A stretch of 64,000 nt of DNA, from assembly GCA_965226885.1 (NCBI GenBank), contig CBDDEL010000012.1:224001-288000 (forward strand), in the 5' to 3' direction. The notes below the pieces were generated by a model. The model was not told where the DNA came from. It ran no database searches and saw only the letters and a list, made by a program, of their open reading frames with translations. The DNA is from Opitutales bacterium (lineage in GTDB: Bacteria > Verrucomicrobiota > Verrucomicrobiia > Opitutales > UBA2987). The translations under genes and the position numbers were made by a program. Below, in pieces: positions 53,563 to 63,266 of the stretch. Numbering within the stretch: position 1 is the stretch's first letter; the number at the start of each line of letters is the position of its first letter.

Positions 53563-54738
53563 TCAGGAACCATCGCCCCGGTAGGTGATCCGGTAAATGA
53601 CGTTGGCAAAATCGTCGGACACCAGCATGGAGCCATCGGGCAAAATTTCCACATCGACGGGCCGTCCCCAGGCCTTGTCACCTTGCAGCCAACCCTCGGC
53701 AAAGGTTTCGTAGCTGGCCGCCCGGCCATTTTCCAAAGTCACCACGGATATCCGGTAGCCGATCTTTTCGTCCCTGTTCCAGGAGCCGTGTTCGGCAAAA
53801 AATAGCTGCCCCCGGTAGGGCTCAGGAAACATTTTCCCATTATAAAAACGCACCCCAAGCGCCGCCACATGGGGGTCCAGTTCCTGTTCGGGGAGGGTGA
53901 TATCGAAATTTGCGGCCAGGTGGCCGAATTCTGGGTCGAAGACGTTCTTACTGTGCCGGTAGGGATAACCGAAATGCTGGCCTGATTTGGCTGCTCGGTT
54001 CAATTCATCCGGCGGCACGTCATTGCCGAGGCGGTCCCGGCCATTGTCGGTGAACCACAGATCGCCGGTTTGCGGATGCCAGTCGAATCCGACCGTATTG
54101 CGCACCCCGCGAGCAAAAATCCGCAAATCCGAGCCATCCGCCTTCATGCTCATAATGGTGGCAAAGGGATCGCGCTCATTACAGATATTGCAGGGCGCCC
54201 CCACCGGCACATAGAGCCGCCCATCGGGGCCGAAACGGATGAATTTCCAGCCATGATGCTCCTTGTTGGGAAAGGTATCATTGACGATCTCGAACGGGGG
54301 CGGGTTATGGAGGTCCTTCTCGATCTGGGGAAATTTTATGACCCGGCTGACTTCGGCCACATATAGGTCTCCATTGCGAAAAGCCACCCCATTGGGCAAG
54401 TGCAGTTCCTTGGCCAGGACAATGACTTCATCCGCCTTGTAGTCGTTGTCCTCATCAATCAAGGCATAGACCTGACCTTTGCCGATGCGGCGGGTCCCCA
54501 CATAAAGGACGCCGGAGGGACTTCGAGCCAAGGATCGGGCATTGCGCACGTTATGCGCAAATATTTCGATCTGGAAACCATCCGGCAGCTTGATCTTTTC
54601 CAGAGGAAGGCCTTTGCCGTCCACTTCGGCCACGAGCTGCCCCAGAAACAGCCAACCGACCAGAAAACCCGCCCAAAGCGGCCATTTTCCCAGAGTGGTT
54701 TTGATTTTGAAGAAGGAGTTTCTTTTACCGTATCTCAT
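53563..54738 (-). CDS. Glucose/sorbosone dehydrogenase-like beta-propeller protein
   Basis: LPDGFQIEIFA, HGWKFIRFGPDG, GVRNTVGFDW, AEHGSWNR, GRPVDV, SDD; start uncertain. Confidence 0.88.
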   Translation of the reverse strand: MRYGKRNSFFKIKTTLGKWPLWAGFLVGWLFLGQLVAEVDGKGLPLEKIKLPDGFQIEIFAHNVRNARSLARSPSGVLYVGTRRIGKGQVYALIDEDNDYKADEVIVLAKELHLPNGVAFRNGDLYVAEVSRVIKFPQIEKDLHNPPPFEIVNDTFPNKEHHGWKFIRFGPDGRLYVPVGAPCNICNERDPFATIMSMKADGSDLRIFARGVRNTVGFDWHPQTGDLWFTDNGRDRLGNDVPPDELNRAAKSGQHFGYPYRHSKNVFDPEFGHLAANFDITLPEQELDPHVAALGVRFYNGKMFPEPYRGQLFFAEHGSWNRDEKIGYRISVVTLENGRAASYETFAEGWLQGDKAWGRPVDVEILPDGSMLVSDDFANVIYRITYRGDGS

Positions 54739-54903
54739 TTGCAAACAGCATAAGTCGTTATTGCCGCCAGCGCAAGTTCTTGCTAAAAATGTCGTCGCAA
54801 AAAATGAAGCGATCTTTGTTTTGCCTCGCACCATCACACATTTTGATTATGAAAACACTACCTAAAGGAACGATGTTGTCAAAATACCGCTCTATTCAAA
54901 ATA

Positions 54904-55498
54904 ATGGATGAAATCCGGCAGCTGGCAGAGACAGCTCAAAAGGGCGATCAGGACGCTTTTGGCGAAATCGTGAGGACGCATTACGATAAGGTTTACGGGC
55001 TTCTTTACCGGATTGTCATGAATGAAAGCGATGCCCGCGACCTGGCCCAGCAAACTTGGGTAAAAGCCTGGAAAAAACTCCCTTCCTTCAAGGGAAAAGC
55101 GGCCTTTACCACCTGGCTCTACCGCATAGCGGTTTTTACCGCATGGGATTTTATACGCAAGAAAAAACGCCGGGCTGAGGTCTCCTTTTTCGAGAATTAT
55201 GAGGAAGGGCAGTCACCGAAACCCATCACCGCCCAGACCTCAAGTGCCACCGAATCTCCGGTCACGGCCCTAGCCCGCAAAGAATTCAAAGAACATTTTC
55301 AAATTGCATTAAACTCACTTTCCGAAAAACAACGCACCGTGCTTATTTTACGGGAAATTGAAGGATTGTCATACAAGGAGATTGCTAATATCATGAAATG
55401 CAGAATCGGAACAGTTATGTCGCGCATCCACCATGCCCATGTCGCGCATCCACCATGCCCGCCAATCGATACAATCAAAAATGGAGGATTTTCGATGA
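54904..55498 (+). pseudogene. ECF sigma-70 factor, C-terminus frameshifted by 22-bp tandem duplication
   Basis: GDQDAF, DARDLAQ, FTTWLYRIA, LREIEGLSYKEIA, GTVMSR; ATGTCGCGCATCCACCATGCCC x2 at 55417-55460; removal gives SRIHHARQSIQSKMEDFR*. Confidence 0.88.
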
Positions 55499-55950
55499 TT
55501 AAAAAACGAATTTCCCCATCTATTTTTCTCTGTCTGACTTTGTTGCTGGGAATTTCCCTTTGCACCACCCAGGCGGAGGCGGCTAAGGTTTCCCTGCGAG
55601 GCACTATGATATTGGCTTCCAATGAAAAGGGGCTGAATGACGCCAAGGTGAAAAGATTTGCGGGAAAACTGCACCGCCTTTTCAACTTTGCCCATTATCG
55701 CCATTATGGGGAGGGCTCCGCTTCCATCGAAATGCCCGGTGAATCCTCCTTTTCCCTCGGCAGTGGCTTTCGCATGGAGGTCAAAATTTCCCCCGCTCCA
55801 AAAAATAAAATCCGCGCCGGAGTCCGTTGGATGAAAGGGAAAACGACCTTCATCAACACCGTGCTGGTGATGCAAAAAGGGGCTCCTGCCATTTTGGGCG
55901 GCCCCTCACATGAAGGCGGCAACCTCATTGTCATTCTGGAAGCTTACTAG
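55495..55950 (+). CDS. Exported hypothetical protein (currently in-frame with upstream sigma)
   Basis: GGAGG RBS, ATGA overlap with native sigma stop, signal peptide ending AEA. Confidence 0.8.
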   Translation: MIKKRISPSIFLCLTLLLGISLCTTQAEAAKVSLRGTMILASNEKGLNDAKVKRFAGKLHRLFNFAHYRHYGEGSASIEMPGESSFSLGSGFRMEVKISPAPKNKIRAGVRWMKGKTTFINTVLVMQKGAPAILGGPSHEGGNLIVILEAY

Positions 55951-56225
55951 AACCTATCTCAATTTCGATGATGGTGATGCAGAGAGCAATTATGTGTTTT
56001 GAGCAAGGCGCGTCGGTATGTGCTGGGCCGGAAGCCCTGCCACCCCGACGGAACGCCGCTCAAACTCATAATCGCCTCTGTCCGAAGGATCTGTGCGGCA
56101 CGGTTGCACCTGCGGCGTTGGTTCGCGCCCGAGGGGCTTACAGCCCATCTGGACGCGAAGCCGCCTGGCATCTGCCACCGTGGCGCTACAAACATCATTC
56201 ATCAGCGAATTTGAGATAGGTTCTA
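55948..56225. mobile_element. MITE-like element with ~30-bp TIRs, TA duplication and two ERIC-like hairpin arms
   Basis: TAGAACCTATCTCAATTTCGATGATG ... CATCAGCGAATTTGAGATAGGTTCTA; no credible ORF. Confidence 0.85.
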
Positions 56226-56258
56226 TATAGCCTGTTTTATTCCAAAAAACAGCCGCCA

Positions 56259-56642
56259 ATGATTCGAAAAACCAGACAACACGAGGCTATTCTGTCCGCT
56301 ATTGAGGAAGCAGGCCGGCCCCTGACGGTGGAAGAAATCCATGCCCAGGGCCGGAAAAAATCGCCCCGCCTCGGTCTACGCACGGTGTATCGCCAGATTC
56401 ACGGCATGGTCTCGGAAGGCGTGTTGGTCAGCCTTGACTATCCCGGACAGCCGACCCGCTATGAGCAGGTGGACTGGCGGCGTCATCCGCATTTCATATG
56501 TTCGCGGTGCCGGAAGATGTACGATTTCGATAAGGAAGCCCCGGATGTACCCTATACTCCGCCGCCCGGTTTCACTATTCAGGGAGAAGAAGTCATCTTT
56601 TACGGAACCTGCCCGGATTGTGCCGAAAAGGCTTCCGGGTGA
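56259..56642 (+). CDS. Fur-family transcriptional regulator
   Basis: TRQ..AI, GLRTVYR, HPHFICSRC, YGTCPDC. Confidence 0.92.
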   Translation: MIRKTRQHEAILSAIEEAGRPLTVEEIHAQGRKKSPRLGLRTVYRQIHGMVSEGVLVSLDYPGQPTRYEQVDWRRHPHFICSRCRKMYDFDKEAPDVPYTPPPGFTIQGEEVIFYGTCPDCAEKASG

Positions 56643-57598
56643 ATGGCCCGGGCGACCTCTTCCAGGGCCTTGACCATGCGGGGGCCGGGAACTTCAAAAT
56701 AATCTTTATAAACCATTGCCACGCGCCCATTGCGCACTGCGCTGATCTGCTTCCAGACCGCATCTTCTTTTAATGCTTGAATAGCCCGGGTGGCGGCCTG
56801 ACGAGCACCAGCGCCCTCCCCCACCGCCACAATGACGACTTGCGGATCGGATTTCAGGAATCCTTCCAGAGATAGCTGAGGCCAGGCCGAGGGCAGACCG
56901 GCGGCTATATTTTCGGCATGGCAAAGTTCGACCAGATCGCCCACCCAGGAACCGCTCCCTGCGCTGTAAAGCTTTTCCAGATCATAGAGCAAAGCCACCC
57001 GTTGTGCCGGTTTGTGGCGTTGAGAATTTATCTTCTCCAGGATTCGGTCCCGCTTTGCCCGTAATTCCCGGATGGCGCGCAATGCCTCTCCCGGTGCCCC
57101 GACCAGCTTTCCCACCGTTCCGATGTCCGCCAGGACTCCCTCCCAATCGGTGTGGGCCAGGGCAACCGCCGTTAATCCGGCCGCTTCCATGCGATCATAA
57201 AGCGAAGCCGGGCTGAGTACCGTGCCGAGCACCAGACCGGAGCGCAATTGCACCATCATTTCCAAGTTCGGGTGGCGCATGTCTCCAATTTTGTAGAGAT
57301 TTACCGCCTCAGGAGGATAACGGTCGAATTTTGTGTTGGCCACCAGGCGTTCCCCTACGCCAATGGCATAAAGGATTTCCGTCACACTGGGGGCCAGGGA
57401 GATGATTCGGCTCGGTTCGTACTTTAAAGTAACCTCCCGCCCATAACCGTCATTAAACGTCATGGGATAAATGCCGTGCCCTCCGGCAGCTGAGGAACGG
57501 GCACTTTTCCGGCTCTTCTCGAATGGCTTGGGTAAAACCATCAGCACGAGACAGCCCAGGAACACCCCTACCAGGTAAATTTTTATTTTCCGATTCAC
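56600..57598 (-). CDS. BtuF-like helical-backbone periplasmic binding protein (cobalamin/Fe-complex)
   Basis: DGYGREV...PSRIISLAPSVTEILYAIG, YPPEA, PNLE, AVRNGRV, PGPR. Confidence 0.88.
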   Translation of the reverse strand: MNRKIKIYLVGVFLGCLVLMVLPKPFEKSRKSARSSAAGGHGIYPMTFNDGYGREVTLKYEPSRIISLAPSVTEILYAIGVGERLVANTKFDRYPPEAVNLYKIGDMRHPNLEMMVQLRSGLVLGTVLSPASLYDRMEAAGLTAVALAHTDWEGVLADIGTVGKLVGAPGEALRAIRELRAKRDRILEKINSQRHKPAQRVALLYDLEKLYSAGSGSWVGDLVELCHAENIAAGLPSAWPQLSLEGFLKSDPQVVIVAVGEGAGARQAATRAIQALKEDAVWKQISAVRNGRVAMVYKDYFEVPGPRMVKALEEVARAIHPEAFSAQSGQVP

Positions 57599-57674
57599 AG
57601 ATTCTTCACGCTCAAATCCCACAAAAGAACAGTGTATGCATTCTGTCCAGTCTCGAGAAGACATTCAATCCTTA

Positions 57675-57702
57675 TTGACAATTAATTGCCATAATTTAAA
57701 AT
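57675..57702 (+). promoter_or_regulatory. Sigma70-like promoter overlapped by palindrome
   Basis: TTGACA-16 nt-TAAAAT; TGACAATTAATTGCCA palindrome over -35/spacer. Confidence 0.55.
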
Positions 57703-57765
57703 TCGATGCAGTAGTCATTTTTTTTTGAAAATTCCTAACAAGCTAACACTAAAACCCATAAACAA

Positions 57766-59631
57766 ATGTATAAAAATATTGATCTTAAAAAAATGATTTT
57801 GGCAACGGCGTCGCTACTCGCCATGAAGTTTTCCGTGGCCCAGGAATCAAACCTCGAGCCTTTCGTGGTGGTGGCGACCAGAACGCCTCTTTCCGCAGAC
57901 TGGGTATCCCCTTCGGTTTCCGTAGTGAGCTCCGATCAGTTGGAGCAAAAGCAATGGTTCACAGTCGCCGATGCACTCCAAGGCATGCCCGGAATTTTCC
58001 TCGGCCAAAACGGCCAAACAGGCGCCAACGCATCCCTCTTTACTCGTGGAACGGAAAGCAACCACACTCTTTTTCTCCTCAACGGCAGAAGAATCAATCC
58101 AGGGTTTTCCGGACAGTTCAACCTGACTCAGCTCGGTCTCGATAATGTTGACAGAATCGAAGTGATGCGCGGCGCCTCCACCACCTTGTACGGGTCGGAA
58201 AGCATCGGCGGAGTGGTCGCCATCAACTTGCGGGAATCGTCTCCTGAAGGGTCGGGCGCGGCCTACCGTCTGAGCACGGAAGCGGGTTCTTTCGGGACCT
58301 ACAGGGTAGCCCTGTCTCTGGCTGGAAGTAGCGGAGATTTCAGGTATTCCACGGGTCTGTCCCATTTTGAAACTGAAAACCAGACACCCCACGCCAATTA
58401 CCGGGTCTTCGATTGGGCGCCGAGCATCAGCTATCGCCTCAACGAGCGCATTACCTTCGATTTTCAGGGACTCTACTACCAGTCCTCTAACCAACTCCCC
58501 GGCGCGCGCGTCGATTTCGGCTTTCCCAAAACAGAAGATTTCCAGGATAACTCCTATTGGATGGCCTCTCCCGGAATGCTCCTGAAATTATCCGATTCAC
58601 TCAAGTTCCGCATGTTTTATTCGAGATCGCGGGATAAGCTGAAATCCCTCACCACCGGCTTTTTCACCAGTCTCAACGATTTCGAAGTTTCCACCGATGA
58701 GGCCAGTTTGCAAATCGACTGGCAGGCAAAAGACAGTCTTCTGGCCACTTTCGGCTACACTTATTTGAACAACGATTTTTACCGTCAGGATGTTCAATTC
58801 GGGTCCGTTCTGGTCGATAACAGTTCTAACAGCCAAAGCATCTTCGGGCAAATCCAGTGGCGCTGGAAAGAACGCTTCTTTTTTACAGCCGGAGTGCGCA
58901 GAGACGAATTTTCCGATTTCGGCAGCCCCATCACCTGGAGCGTCTCGGGCGCTTACGACCTCAACGAAACCGGAACCGCCATTTTTCTCAAGTCGGCCAC
59001 CGCCTATGCCCCCCCGCAGGGCAACGACCTCTACGGTCCTTTCGGTAACCCCCTCCTCAATGCCGAAGAAAGCAATTCCTGGGAATTCGGTTTGAGGCAG
59101 TCTCTTTTCGACGAAAAAATATCCCTCGAAGTCCTCTATTTTTACAACGACATCCATCACCGCATTATTTTCGACGCCGTTAGTTTCACCACCAAAAACA
59201 GGGGACGCATCCGCACGGAGGGAGTTGAACTCGCCACCACCTGGAACTGGAATGAAAAGCTCCAGCTCTACGGCAATTTCACTTTCATGAACGCCGAGGA
59301 CCTGACGGCGGGCGAACGGCTCCTGCGGCGGCCACGCTACACATTTACGGGCGGATTTTCGGCTGCACCGACCCAAAGCTTCAATTTCGGATTCGAGGTT
59401 ACCGGGGCGTTGCAAAGAAAAGACCGCTCCTTCCCGCCTAATCCGCCCTACGTCATCGACGTCAATCCGGGCGATTATTACCTAGGGCGTATTTACGCAA
59501 ACTGGCGCATCCACTCGAACCTTTCGCTATTTGCCAGAGTGGAAAACCTCTTCAACGAGCAATACGACTCCATCGCCGACTTCAAAGCCCTCGACCGAGG
59601 ATTCTACGGCGGAGCCACCCTGTCTTTTTAA
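57766..59631 (+). CDS. TonB-dependent receptor, BtuB-like
   Basis: Signal peptide, VVVATRT TonB box, FTRGTESNHTL, IEVMRGASTTLYGS, ENLFNEQY, terminal F. Confidence 0.92.
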   Translation: MYKNIDLKKMILATASLLAMKFSVAQESNLEPFVVVATRTPLSADWVSPSVSVVSSDQLEQKQWFTVADALQGMPGIFLGQNGQTGANASLFTRGTESNHTLFLLNGRRINPGFSGQFNLTQLGLDNVDRIEVMRGASTTLYGSESIGGVVAINLRESSPEGSGAAYRLSTEAGSFGTYRVALSLAGSSGDFRYSTGLSHFETENQTPHANYRVFDWAPSISYRLNERITFDFQGLYYQSSNQLPGARVDFGFPKTEDFQDNSYWMASPGMLLKLSDSLKFRMFYSRSRDKLKSLTTGFFTSLNDFEVSTDEASLQIDWQAKDSLLATFGYTYLNNDFYRQDVQFGSVLVDNSSNSQSIFGQIQWRWKERFFFTAGVRRDEFSDFGSPITWSVSGAYDLNETGTAIFLKSATAYAPPQGNDLYGPFGNPLLNAEESNSWEFGLRQSLFDEKISLEVLYFYNDIHHRIIFDAVSFTTKNRGRIRTEGVELATTWNWNEKLQLYGNFTFMNAEDLTAGERLLRRPRYTFTGGFSAAPTQSFNFGFEVTGALQRKDRSFPPNPPYVIDVNPGDYYLGRIYANWRIHSNLSLFARVENLFNEQYDSIADFKALDRGFYGGATLSF

Positions 59632-59671
59632 ACTGTTATAAATAATCAGGGAGGCCTTTCAAGTTTGGGAA

Positions 59672-61534
59672 TCAGGCACCAAAATTTATCACCATCCGGT
59701 TCGCGATTCGGCGGGTGAACTCATAAAGGTTCTGCTGGGCTTTTTTGACCGCTTCCCGGACGGCTGGATTGTCCACCCGCGACAGTTCCAGTGCCCGGAT
59801 GGCGTAGAGGCCGACAATGAGGTTGCTGTTGTCAATTTCCTTCACGAGCAATGGAGTAGCGTCTTCGTTCTCTGGCAATCCCATCCGGCATAATGAAAGG
59901 GCCGCGGAAATTCGAACGCTCACAGAGGGATCGGAAAGGAGACTCGACAGCCTATCGGCGGCAGCGGGGTTATTGAGTAATCCCAATCCGATTGCAGCCC
60001 AATAGCGAAGTGCAGGCTCCGGCGACTCCACGGCCTTAGTCAACAGATTTTGATTTCCACCATCCATCGCCTCAATGATTGTGATCAGACTATGAATGAG
60101 GTTTTCGCTTTCAGCTTGTTGCAAGACGAAATACTTGTTGCCGTATTTCTTACCCATTTCTTCCAAAATCGGTTCCGGAATAAGGCCCAGGTCGCGGGTT
60201 CGCACCATCCATTGGTAGAGTTCTTTTCGAAGCTCCGTTAGAACTTGCTTATGCTCTGGCTTGTCGGCCAGGTTGACTGTTTCATGCGGGTCTCGTACAA
60301 GGTCGTAGAGTTCTTCTGCGGGCCGCCTGGTGGAAAATATCCGCGCTTGCAACTCGTTGAGTTTCCCTTCCTGGTGAAGCCCTCTCATTGTCTGAGTAAT
60401 TTTCTTGGCGTCCTTGTATTGATTCGGCTGCGCATGGGGCAGATGGGATAGAAAATTGCGGATATATTTGTAACGCTCCGTGCGCACACAACGAATGATG
60501 TCCACTGATTCATCGCACCGGTCTTGGGCGCTTACTATCATGTCGCGCGGTTTATAATTACCGGAGTATAAATCGACACCCTCAAGAAAGCGGGGAATCT
60601 CTATTCCAGCCATGGCCAACGAGGTGGCCGCTATATCTATCTGGAGGACAAGATCTTTTCGAATTTCACCGGATTGCCGCCCATCGGGAAAAAGCACGAT
60701 CAAGGGCACTCGGATACCTTCCTCATAGAGAAATTGTTTGCCCCGCAAATGACTCACGCCGTGATCGGTCAAGAAAAAGACGATCGTATTATCGGCCACA
60801 CCAGCTTCTTCTAAACTTCGCAGAATCTGTCCCGTTTCGAGGTCGGCCTGCACCCATGAGTTCAAGTAATCCGCCCAGTCCTGGCGAAGGTCGGGGTGAT
60901 CGGGATAATATGGCGGCAGTTTAACTTTGGCTGGGTCCGTGGCGTGGTTTTTGGCCTCACGGTTCTTTCCGCCACTCAGCATGACCTGAGCAAAGAATGG
61001 TTTGCTTTTGGGACGGGTGCGCCAATCGGGACCGTCATAGGTTCCATTCGGCCAGATAAAATTGTAATCCGTTTTACCGGGCTCGGCACATTCAGGATCA
61101 CTCCCCAGCGTTACATAATAGCCGGCTTCTTTAAATAGTTGGGGAATCAGCTTGGTCGGCAGGCTGTAACTCTCATAGTAATCAACATTCCCGCCGGCTT
61201 TTCCGCTGTCTGTCTGGCTGCGGTGATTATGGGCGCCGATGGTGGTTTGATACATTCCCGTAATCATTGCCGAGCGACTGGGCGAGCAGACGGGGCAGGT
61301 GACAAATGCCGCCTCGAAACGAACTCCATTTTTTGCCATTGCGTCGAGGTTTGGAGTATTGATCGTTGTCTCTCCATAGCACCCGATATGGGGTGAAGCG
61401 TCTTCCGCCACAATCCAAAGAATATTGGGGCGCTTTTTTGGATCAATGGCCTTGGAAATGCCGGGCAATGTCAGAAGGGAAGCGGTAGCCCCCAATCCCT
61501 TCAAAAATTCCCGGCGGTGCATTCTGATTTTCAT
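59672..61534 (-). CDS. Tat-exported formylglycine sulfatase with C-terminal HEAT repeats
   Basis: RREFLK Tat motif, RPNILWIVAED, CSPSRS, TDHG, GKQFLYEEG, EELYDL. Confidence 0.92.
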   Translation of the reverse strand: MKIRMHRREFLKGLGATASLLTLPGISKAIDPKKRPNILWIVAEDASPHIGCYGETTINTPNLDAMAKNGVRFEAAFVTCPVCSPSRSAMITGMYQTTIGAHNHRSQTDSGKAGGNVDYYESYSLPTKLIPQLFKEAGYYVTLGSDPECAEPGKTDYNFIWPNGTYDGPDWRTRPKSKPFFAQVMLSGGKNREAKNHATDPAKVKLPPYYPDHPDLRQDWADYLNSWVQADLETGQILRSLEEAGVADNTIVFFLTDHGVSHLRGKQFLYEEGIRVPLIVLFPDGRQSGEIRKDLVLQIDIAATSLAMAGIEIPRFLEGVDLYSGNYKPRDMIVSAQDRCDESVDIIRCVRTERYKYIRNFLSHLPHAQPNQYKDAKKITQTMRGLHQEGKLNELQARIFSTRRPAEELYDLVRDPHETVNLADKPEHKQVLTELRKELYQWMVRTRDLGLIPEPILEEMGKKYGNKYFVLQQAESENLIHSLITIIEAMDGGNQNLLTKAVESPEPALRYWAAIGLGLLNNPAAADRLSSLLSDPSVSVRISAALSLCRMGLPENEDATPLLVKEIDNSNLIVGLYAIRALELSRVDNPAVREAVKKAQQNLYEFTRRIANRMVINFGA

Positions 61535-61691
61535 AACTGTACAAATACCTATAGATGATCAATTTGCGGGGACTTCAAATAAATAATAATCGGCTTTCCT
61601 AATCTAGTTTTTCAAGTTCCCGGAATACGGCCCGCCTTTGTAGGCGAGCAATTCATGGATATTGACACTCGCTACGATATTCCAAGCCTGA

Positions 61692-63161
61692 TTGGCAATG
61701 AAACCTAATGTGATTCTTATCATGTGCGATGAGTTAAAGGCTGATTGCCTTGGCTGTGCGGGGCATCCTCAAGTGCGCACTCCCCACCTCGACCGGCTGG
61801 CAAAAAATGGAATCTACTTTGAAAATGGCTATTGCGCCTCACCGATGTGTTCACCGGCCAGAGCGAGCTGGCTAACGGGACTTTACCCCCGTGCCCACCA
61901 GCAATTGATTAACTATAGGATAACCCCCGCTTTGAAAGGGCGCCCGGGCACGAGCATGCACGCTGAGTGTACAACGTTGGGAGACGCATTCAACCAAGCG
62001 GGTTATAGCTGTGGGATTGTGGGTCCCTGGCATTTGGGAGACGATGAGCACCCCCAACACGGATTTAACGATTACTGGAAAACGTTTGGATATCAAGGCG
62101 TCGGAAACAGGGATCGGCTTATAGATTATTTTGAAAAAGAGGGAGTGAAAAACCTCTACAAAAAGGGTATCCCGGAAATCACCGACGATGGCGACGGCGA
62201 TTATGTGGCATTCAAATACGGTGTCTATAGCGACCCCATCCAACAACGCACCACCTGGACCGTCGATCGCGGCATTGAATTCTTCGAGCAGGCGGGGGAC
62301 GACAATCGGCCGCAATTCCTCTTTCTCAGCATCAAAGATCCCCACCCGATCATGATTGTGCCGCCGGAAATCGTAACAACCTATCCGCCGGAGGGGATTG
62401 ATCTGGCGGATACCTGGGGCGATTCACTCGAAGGCAAACCAGCCTACCAGCAAAAAGAACTTGGACGTATACCGCAAGGGACAGACCCGGATAAGTTTCG
62501 TAAGATGATAGCGCACTATTTCGCGCTCATCACGCACATTGACGATCAGGTGGGGCGACTGTTAAGCTACCTTGAGAAAACTGAAAAGCTCGACAATACG
62601 CTCATCGCATTCATCAGCGATCACGGCGAAATGCTCGGTGAACATGGCTTCATAGCAAAGCGCGTGCTTTACGAAGCATCGGTAAAAGTGCCCTGCATCC
62701 TATCCTGGCCGACAGCGTTGAGAACCCCCCTTCGAGTCCAAACGCCGCTGGCCGGAGTCGACCTCATGCCGACCCTGCTGGATCTGGCCGGAATACCGCT
62801 CCAATGCCAAGTCGATGGGCGCAGCATTGCCTCTGACCTTTTGAACGCAAGAGAACCACAAGCCAAGCCGATCTTTTCCGAAATCTCAACATGGGGAGCT
62901 CTTAATTGCTCTACCGATAACGAAGAAGAGCTCGCGGCTCAAATAATGGTTAGGGATGGCGCATGGAAATATGTTTGCAACCGATTCGATGCCGATGAAC
63001 TTTACAATCTCGACCGCGATCCTGAAGAGATGCACAATCGCGCCTCGGAAACAGGTCAAATGGAACGTATCGGTGCCATGCGCGACCTAATTTGCGAAAT
63101 GATTCAAGTAACAGGTCCCGGCGCTTACGACTGGTGCAACACTGTTGCCGGTACCACTTGA
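61692..63161 (+). CDS. Formylglycine sulfatase family hydrolase
   Basis: KPNVILIMCDE, CSPARAS.LTG, SDHGEMLGEHG, ELYNL..DPEE. Confidence 0.92.
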   Translation: MAMKPNVILIMCDELKADCLGCAGHPQVRTPHLDRLAKNGIYFENGYCASPMCSPARASWLTGLYPRAHQQLINYRITPALKGRPGTSMHAECTTLGDAFNQAGYSCGIVGPWHLGDDEHPQHGFNDYWKTFGYQGVGNRDRLIDYFEKEGVKNLYKKGIPEITDDGDGDYVAFKYGVYSDPIQQRTTWTVDRGIEFFEQAGDDNRPQFLFLSIKDPHPIMIVPPEIVTTYPPEGIDLADTWGDSLEGKPAYQQKELGRIPQGTDPDKFRKMIAHYFALITHIDDQVGRLLSYLEKTEKLDNTLIAFISDHGEMLGEHGFIAKRVLYEASVKVPCILSWPTALRTPLRVQTPLAGVDLMPTLLDLAGIPLQCQVDGRSIASDLLNAREPQAKPIFSEISTWGALNCSTDNEEELAAQIMVRDGAWKYVCNRFDADELYNLDRDPEEMHNRASETGQMERIGAMRDLICEMIQVTGPGAYDWCNTVAGTT

Positions 63162-63266
63162 ACGGAAAACCTTATCGGTTGTTGATTTCGGATCCAGGGC
63201 AGAATCGGTGGGTGAATAACATTCTTTGCAAAAGAAAAATCAATCCGCCGCGGGTCCTTTGGGAAG

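Noticed and set aside
54904..55950. 348-aa ORF as a native extended ECF sigma
   Set aside because: Explained by a 22-bp duplication; native stop, RBS and ATGA coupling are still visible.
55959..56259. Short ORFs inside the MITE
   Set aside because: Several overlapping frames with no motifs; consistent with GC-rich palindromic non-coding DNA.
57599..57765. Cobalamin riboswitch upstream of BtuB-like receptor
   Set aside because: Spacer is short and AT-rich with no B12-box-like sequence.
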